Shown: positions 50,724-55,114 of the stretch, one piece after another
Numbering within the stretch: position 1 is the first letter of the stretch
Layout: each line of letters begins with the position of its first letter
Assembly: GCA_009783855.1 (NCBI GenBank)
Contig: WRCO01000004.1
Span: 1 to 55,114 of the forward strand
Origin: Alphaproteobacteria bacterium
GTDB lineage: Bacteria; Pseudomonadota; Alphaproteobacteria; Rs-D84
Direction: 5' to 3'
Length of the DNA stretch: 55,114 nucleotides
Notes under the pieces: model-generated
What the model was told of the DNA's origin: nothing
Database searches by the model: none
The model's input: the letters and a program-made list of their open reading frames with translations, nothing else
Made by a program: the position numbers and the translations under genes

Positions 50724-50777
50724 GAAATATTTTCAGGGTCTATCAATATATTATAACGGATTATAACAAAACGTGGA

Positions 50778-50858
50778 TGGTGGCTTGTGGTTTGCCTGTT
50801 TTGGAAATTTTTCCAATAAATTCATCCTACCGGCCACCGGCACTAATTATCAGCCACC
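50778..50858. repeat. Family A element, long core
   Basis: Near-identical core to 2146-2200. Confidence 0.8.
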
Positions 50859-50883
50859 AAAAACGGCGCAACGCGCCGTTTTT
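50859..50883. terminator. Intrinsic terminator after mltG
   Basis: AAAAACGGCGC-AAC-GCGCCGTTTTT. Confidence 0.8.
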
Positions 50884-51917
50884 TATCTTCTCCCGCTTCG
50901 TATCTCCCTCCACGCTTCGTGGTTCACGCGGTGTTCCTGATACGTTCTTGAAAATATATGTCCGCCGGTTCCATCCGCGACAAAAAACAAATATTCGGTA
51001 TCCGCGGGATTAAGCACCGCCTGGATAGCGGCGCGGCCGACGTTTGCAATCGCGCCGGGCGGAAGACCGTGATTCAGATAAGTATTATACGGATGCGGCC
51101 GCTGCAGATGCGTGCGCACCAATGGCCGGCCCTGCATATCGCCAAGCCCGCCTGTCACCGCAAACACGACCGTCGGGTCCGCTTGAAGCCGCATGTTGCG
51201 GTTAAGCCGGTTAAGGAATACACCCGCAACCTTTGGCATTTCGTGTCTTTTCGGCGTTTCTTTCTGAACAATGGAGGCGAGAACTATAACCTCGTCCCAG
51301 GTTTGCAACGGCCGGGGGAACACCGCCTCGCCTCTTCTTTCAAACTGGTGCCTTATATCGGATTTGCGAAGGCGCATTAATTCGATAACCGCCGCGCGGC
51401 TTGTGCCTTTTGCAACCCTGTATGTATCGGGAAAAAGCGACCCGTTCGCGGGACACGTATTATTCGCACCAAGGCACGCAGAACCGGTAAGGTGCGGATT
51501 CCGGTCAAGTATCGCGACAATCTGTTTTACCGTAAGACCTTCGGGAATCATGACCGTCGTTGTCGCTATGTCGCCGCGCGCCATCATGCGGGCGATGCCG
51601 TAGACGCTTGTGCCCTTTGGGATATCGTACAGTCCGCGCTTTATATTTCCGGATATAAGCCGCACGGTAATTTTGAATCCGTCTTTGCTTGTAATCAATC
51701 CCTGTTCTTTAAGTCTTCGCGCGACGGACGTTACGGATGCGCCGTCTGCGATTATGAACGACACGTCTTCGCGGACCACGGACCGGAATCCGTAATGCCA
51801 CGCGCCGAACGTCACGCCGACGACAACCCAGACGGCGAATATGACAAGCCACGCGCGGTGCCCGTAAATAGAAAGTTGCATTTTTGTGTTTTGATTTTTG
51901 CTTTTCATGAACGGCAC
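50883..51917 (-). CDS. mltG: Endolytic transglycosylase MltG (YceG)
   Basis: IPEG, LASIVQKE, NRL...LQADPTV, PYNTY, GLPPGAIAN, YLFFVA; start codon uncertain. Confidence 0.93.
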   Translation of the reverse strand: MPFMKSKNQNTKMQLSIYGHRAWLVIFAVWVVVGVTFGAWHYGFRSVVREDVSFIIADGASVTSVARRLKEQGLITSKDGFKITVRLISGNIKRGLYDIPKGTSVYGIARMMARGDIATTTVMIPEGLTVKQIVAILDRNPHLTGSACLGANNTCPANGSLFPDTYRVAKGTSRAAVIELMRLRKSDIRHQFERRGEAVFPRPLQTWDEVIVLASIVQKETPKRHEMPKVAGVFLNRLNRNMRLQADPTVVFAVTGGLGDMQGRPLVRTHLQRPHPYNTYLNHGLPPGAIANVGRAAIQAVLNPADTEYLFFVADGTGGHIFSRTYQEHRVNHEAWREIRSGRR

Positions 51918-51946
51918 CTTAACAAGTTAGGAAAAGGATTACAATC

Positions 51947-51970
51947 AAAAAACGGGCGCCGCCCGTTTTT
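51947..51970. terminator. Intrinsic terminator after fabF
   Basis: AAAAACGGGC-GCC-GCCCGTTTTT. Confidence 0.75.
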
Positions 51971-52037
51971 GGTGATTGGTGATTCGTGCCTGCGACCGGT
52001 GATATAATGACAAGTCACCAACCGCCAGCACAAGCCA
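51970..52037. repeat. Degenerate family A stem-loop
   Basis: TGGTGATTGGTGATTCGTGCC...GTCACCAACCGCCAGCACAAGCCA. Confidence 0.75.
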
Positions 52038-53267
52038 CTATATCTTCTTTATAACGACGGTTGCGTTCGTGCCGCCAAACCCAAACGAATTCGACAGCGC
52101 GACGTCGACTTTGCGTTCTTTCGCCTTATTGGGAACCAAATCACAGCCCGCGGCGTCCTCTTCAACATCATGAAGATTTATTGTCGGCGGAACAATCTGG
52201 TCGCGGATGGCAAGCACGCAGAAAATGGCTTCGATGGCGCCGGCCGCGCCAAGCAGGTGCCCGGTCATGGATTTCGTCGCGGACATAGACCATCCGCCCG
52301 TGCCGAACAAAGTTTTGACCGCTTCCAATTCGCCAACGTCGCCAAGCGGCGTCGATGTTCCGTGCGCGTTTATATAGTCAACCGCGGCGGGTTCAAGCCC
52401 CGCGTCTTTTAACGCAAGCTTCATCGAACGGTATCCGCCCTCACCCCCCGGCGCCGGCGCCGTGATATGATGCGCGTCGGCCGACATTCCGAAACCAACG
52501 ACTTCGGCGTAAATTTTCGCACCGCGCGCTTTCGCATGTTCGTATTCTTCCAAGACAAGTATACCCGAACCTTCGCCCATCACGAATCCGTCGCGCGATT
52601 TGTCCCACGGGCGCATCGCGCCGGCCGGGTCGTCGTTGCGCGTCGACATCGCGCGCATCGCGGCGAATCCCGCCATGCCAAGAGGATGCACGCCCGCCTC
52701 GGCCCCGCCGCAGACCATGATATCCGCGTCGCCGTATTGTATCATGCGCGCCGAATCGCCGATGGAATGGGCGCCGGTCGCGCATGCGGTTGCGATTGCC
52801 ATGTTCGGTCCCTTGAATCCGTATTTCATGGACACATGGCCGGACGGCATGTTCGGTATGACTTTAAGCGCGAAGAACGGGCTTATGCTGCGCGCGCCTT
52901 TTGCGACAAAGTCCCTTGACGATTCGTCCATTGAAGAGCTTCCGCCGACGCCGGAGCCTATGCTTACGCCCACGCGTTCCTTGTCTATGGATTCCAAATC
53001 CAATCCGGAATCCTTAATCGCTTCGTCCGCCGCGACAAGCGCGTGAACTATGAAGCGGTCCATACGTCCCTGTTCCTTTGGACTTACAATTTCATCGGCG
53101 CTGTAATCGGCGACGCCCGCGATTTGACACGGAATGTCGGTCCATTGTTCGCCTTCTAATTTTTTGATTTTGGATTCTCCCGCCAATAATGATTTCCAGA
53201 CATTTTCAATGCCGACGCCGTTCGGCGCGACTATGCCCATTCCTGTGATTACGACTCTGCGTTTCAT
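52038..53267 (-). CDS. fabF: 3-oxoacyl-ACP synthase II
   Basis: TACATG, INAHGTST, KSMTGHLLGAAG, SNSFGFGG. Confidence 0.96.
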   Translation of the reverse strand: MKRRVVITGMGIVAPNGVGIENVWKSLLAGESKIKKLEGEQWTDIPCQIAGVADYSADEIVSPKEQGRMDRFIVHALVAADEAIKDSGLDLESIDKERVGVSIGSGVGGSSSMDESSRDFVAKGARSISPFFALKVIPNMPSGHVSMKYGFKGPNMAIATACATGAHSIGDSARMIQYGDADIMVCGGAEAGVHPLGMAGFAAMRAMSTRNDDPAGAMRPWDKSRDGFVMGEGSGILVLEEYEHAKARGAKIYAEVVGFGMSADAHHITAPAPGGEGGYRSMKLALKDAGLEPAAVDYINAHGTSTPLGDVGELEAVKTLFGTGGWSMSATKSMTGHLLGAAGAIEAIFCVLAIRDQIVPPTINLHDVEEDAAGCDLVPNKAKERKVDVALSNSFGFGGTNATVVIKKI

Positions 53268-53369
53268 GATATACTCCTTTATATATATGGTGCGGTTACA
53301 TAAAACCCAGCCGCAAGTACAAGACCTTTGGCTGGGTTTAATTCATAAATAATCTCTTTCTATCTATTA

Positions 53370-53615
53370 TTACGCAGCAACGGGTTTCGCATGCGTTTCG
53401 ATATATTTCACAGCATCGCCGACGGTCACAAGCTTACCGGCTTGTTCATCAGGGATTGTGATGCCGAACTTCGCTTCGATTTCCATAACGAATTCAACCA
53501 CGTCCAGCGAGTCTGCGCCCAAATCGTTCACGAAGGACGCGCTTTCCGTAATTTTTGCCTTTTCTATGCCTAATTTCTCAGCAATTACGTCCTGGACTTG
53601 TTCGAAAGTTGTCAT
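53370..53615 (-). CDS. acpP: Acyl carrier protein
   Basis: DLGADSLDVVE; start MTTFEQV. Confidence 0.96.
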   Translation of the reverse strand: MTTFEQVQDVIAEKLGIEKAKITESASFVNDLGADSLDVVEFVMEIEAKFGITIPDEQAGKLVTVGDAVKYIETHAKPVAA

Positions 53616-53712
53616 TTTGTTTTCCTTTGTTGCGTCAAAGCCCGTGTTCTGGCTATGAACTTTGACTGTTATTTGCTTTTTGCCGCTATGTTCACCAGAG
53701 GGCAACTTTCCC

Positions 53713-53742
53713 ATACTACAACTTTCCGGCGCACGATGTCAA
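53713..53742 (-). promoter_or_regulatory. Promoter of acpP
   Basis: TTGACA-18-TAGTAT on the minus strand. Confidence 0.55.
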
Positions 53743-53796
53743 GAAATATAACAAATCGTAACAAACGTCGATTTTTGTCAAAACACATAAGAATTA

Positions 53797-55113
53797 TTAC
53801 CGCCACGCCGCGGGGATGCTGTTGAAATTATTCAAACCCGTTGCGCCGGCAAAAGCGCCGCCGACATGGGCAGTCGTGGCGGACGGCCATCTTTGATGCA
53901 AAAGCTGTCCGTTGGTAAACTGGGCCGCCGGTCCTCGCAACCCGGCAGCGCCTCGGAACGTGCTGACAAACATACTGCTTTGAGCTGTACCAGATATCCC
54001 GTCGAACAAGCCTGTGCCTATACCAGTCAAACCGGTTGCACCATTGAATGTCCCAACAAACATATCGTTTGCCGCAGGACCTTGGATTCCGGCAAAAAGA
54101 TTGCCTGGGATTTCCCCGGTCAGGCCGGACGCACCATTGAACGTATTTGCGAACATGTTGCTCCGCGGTGGTCCCTGGATTCCAGCGAACAGGTTTTCGG
54201 GTATAGAGCCGGTCAGACCACGACACAAATTAAATGTATGAGAAAACATATCAAAAGCCGGCGGGCCTTGGATTCCAGCAAACAAATTCGGTGGTATTTG
54301 TCCTGTCAGTGCGGGTGCGCCATTGAATGTGCTCATGAACATTTGTGGTGCGGGCGGCCCTTGGATTCCAGCGAACAGGTTTTCGGGTATCGGGCCGGAC
54401 AAGATACCATTCGCATGAAATGTGCCCCTGAACATATTTGCTGCCGGTGGGCCTTGCAGTCCGGCAAACAGATTCGGTGGTATCGGGCCGGCCCAACCGT
54501 CCAACTGTTGGAATGTCCAAACAAACCGCGGGCTACCGGTATTAGTAGCGTTCAGTATGGGAAATATGCTGCCCAGGTCGCCGGCAATACCGACAATTCT
54601 GCCCCGATTCACAGAGTTTAAAAAAGATATCGCCGCCGTCATTATATCGGCATTATAACTCGTCGCCCGGCCCCTTATAGTTACGGTATACGGTCCGCCG
54701 CTGTATCTTGGCGACGCGGGCGATGTGTATGTCGTAAGCGTAGTGTTGGTCTTGTTTATAATCTGTGGCGCGGTGCCAAGACCCCAGTCTATTTCAAAAT
54801 TACCTGCGGCGGATATCTGAAAACTGAACTGCGAATTCACGGGCATATTGTTCAGTGTCACTTGGAACTTGCCGTGTACAAGCGGTTCGGTCAGGCTGTA
54901 GACCTGATTGTCCGGCATCCGGATGGTCAGCCGCCCGGGCGCGGTACCCGCGACCAGATTTCCATACCATACGTCGTTTTCCGGCATACGTACCGCAAGC
55001 GCCGGCGAACTTCTCTTATCCGAGGTCAATGGAACCGATTGGTTGCCTATATGCAAAGTCCGCGCCATACCCGTAGGGGCAAATATCATTTGCCCCAAAA
55101 GTATCAATCCCAG
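53797..55113 (-). CDS. LRR-like repeat protein (IPENLFAGIQGPP repeats), 5' end beyond window
   Basis: Same ~27-aa repeat and DWG PKD-like motif as 17515-19176; frame open to the window edge. Confidence 0.8.
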   Translation of the reverse strand: MGLILLGQMIFAPTGMARTLHIGNQSVPLTSDKRSSPALAVRMPENDVWYGNLVAGTAPGRLTIRMPDNQVYSLTEPLVHGKFQVTLNNMPVNSQFSFQISAAGNFEIDWGLGTAPQIINKTNTTLTTYTSPASPRYSGGPYTVTIRGRATSYNADIMTAAISFLNSVNRGRIVGIAGDLGSIFPILNATNTGSPRFVWTFQQLDGWAGPIPPNLFAGLQGPPAANMFRGTFHANGILSGPIPENLFAGIQGPPAPQMFMSTFNGAPALTGQIPPNLFAGIQGPPAFDMFSHTFNLCRGLTGSIPENLFAGIQGPPRSNMFANTFNGASGLTGEIPGNLFAGIQGPAANDMFVGTFNGATGLTGIGTGLFDGISGTAQSSMFVSTFRGAAGLRGPAAQFTNGQLLHQRWPSATTAHVGGAFAGATGLNNFNSIPAAWR

Positions 55114-55114
55114 A

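Noticed and set aside
17515..55113. Diversity-generating retroelement TR/VR pairs among the LRR-like repeats
   Set aside because: No reverse transcriptase in the window, and the repeats are ordinary in-frame tandem coding units with no obvious adenine-specific differences.

Overview
Core chromosomal region of an alphaproteobacterium (CcrM-type methyltransferase, acpP-fabF-mltG). Its many Cys-rich secreted ORFans suggest a deep-branching, probably host-associated lineage (inference). The left half holds housekeeping genes (msbA-like, ccrM, nrdR, slt, rnhB, pgk, ftsY, clpPX, ppiD-like, tpiA, grpE) mixed with Cys-rich exported proteins, an LRR-like repeat protein, an APH-like kinase and an ankyrin + degenerate-subtilase outer-membrane protein. 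The right half holds the str-S10-spc-alpha ribosomal cluster (minus strand, rpsL to rplQ, two inserted ORFans, no adk), then a beta-barrel OMP, mltG, fabF, acpP and a second LRR-like protein. No tRNA, rRNA, CRISPR array or transposase was recognised. The most striking unexplained structure is a heptamer-repeat system with four parts: (1) about 18 intergenic elements built from 7-mer arrays, mostly between ribosomal genes; (2) ten of these end in a covarying tandem-GA mini-hairpin (CGA-NN-RAA-NN-GAG) 5 nt (once 6 nt) before the start codon; (3) other heptamer arrays lie in-frame inside rnhB, ftsY and a hypothetical gene; (4) one heptamer module supplies the start codon and signal peptide of two unrelated secreted proteins.
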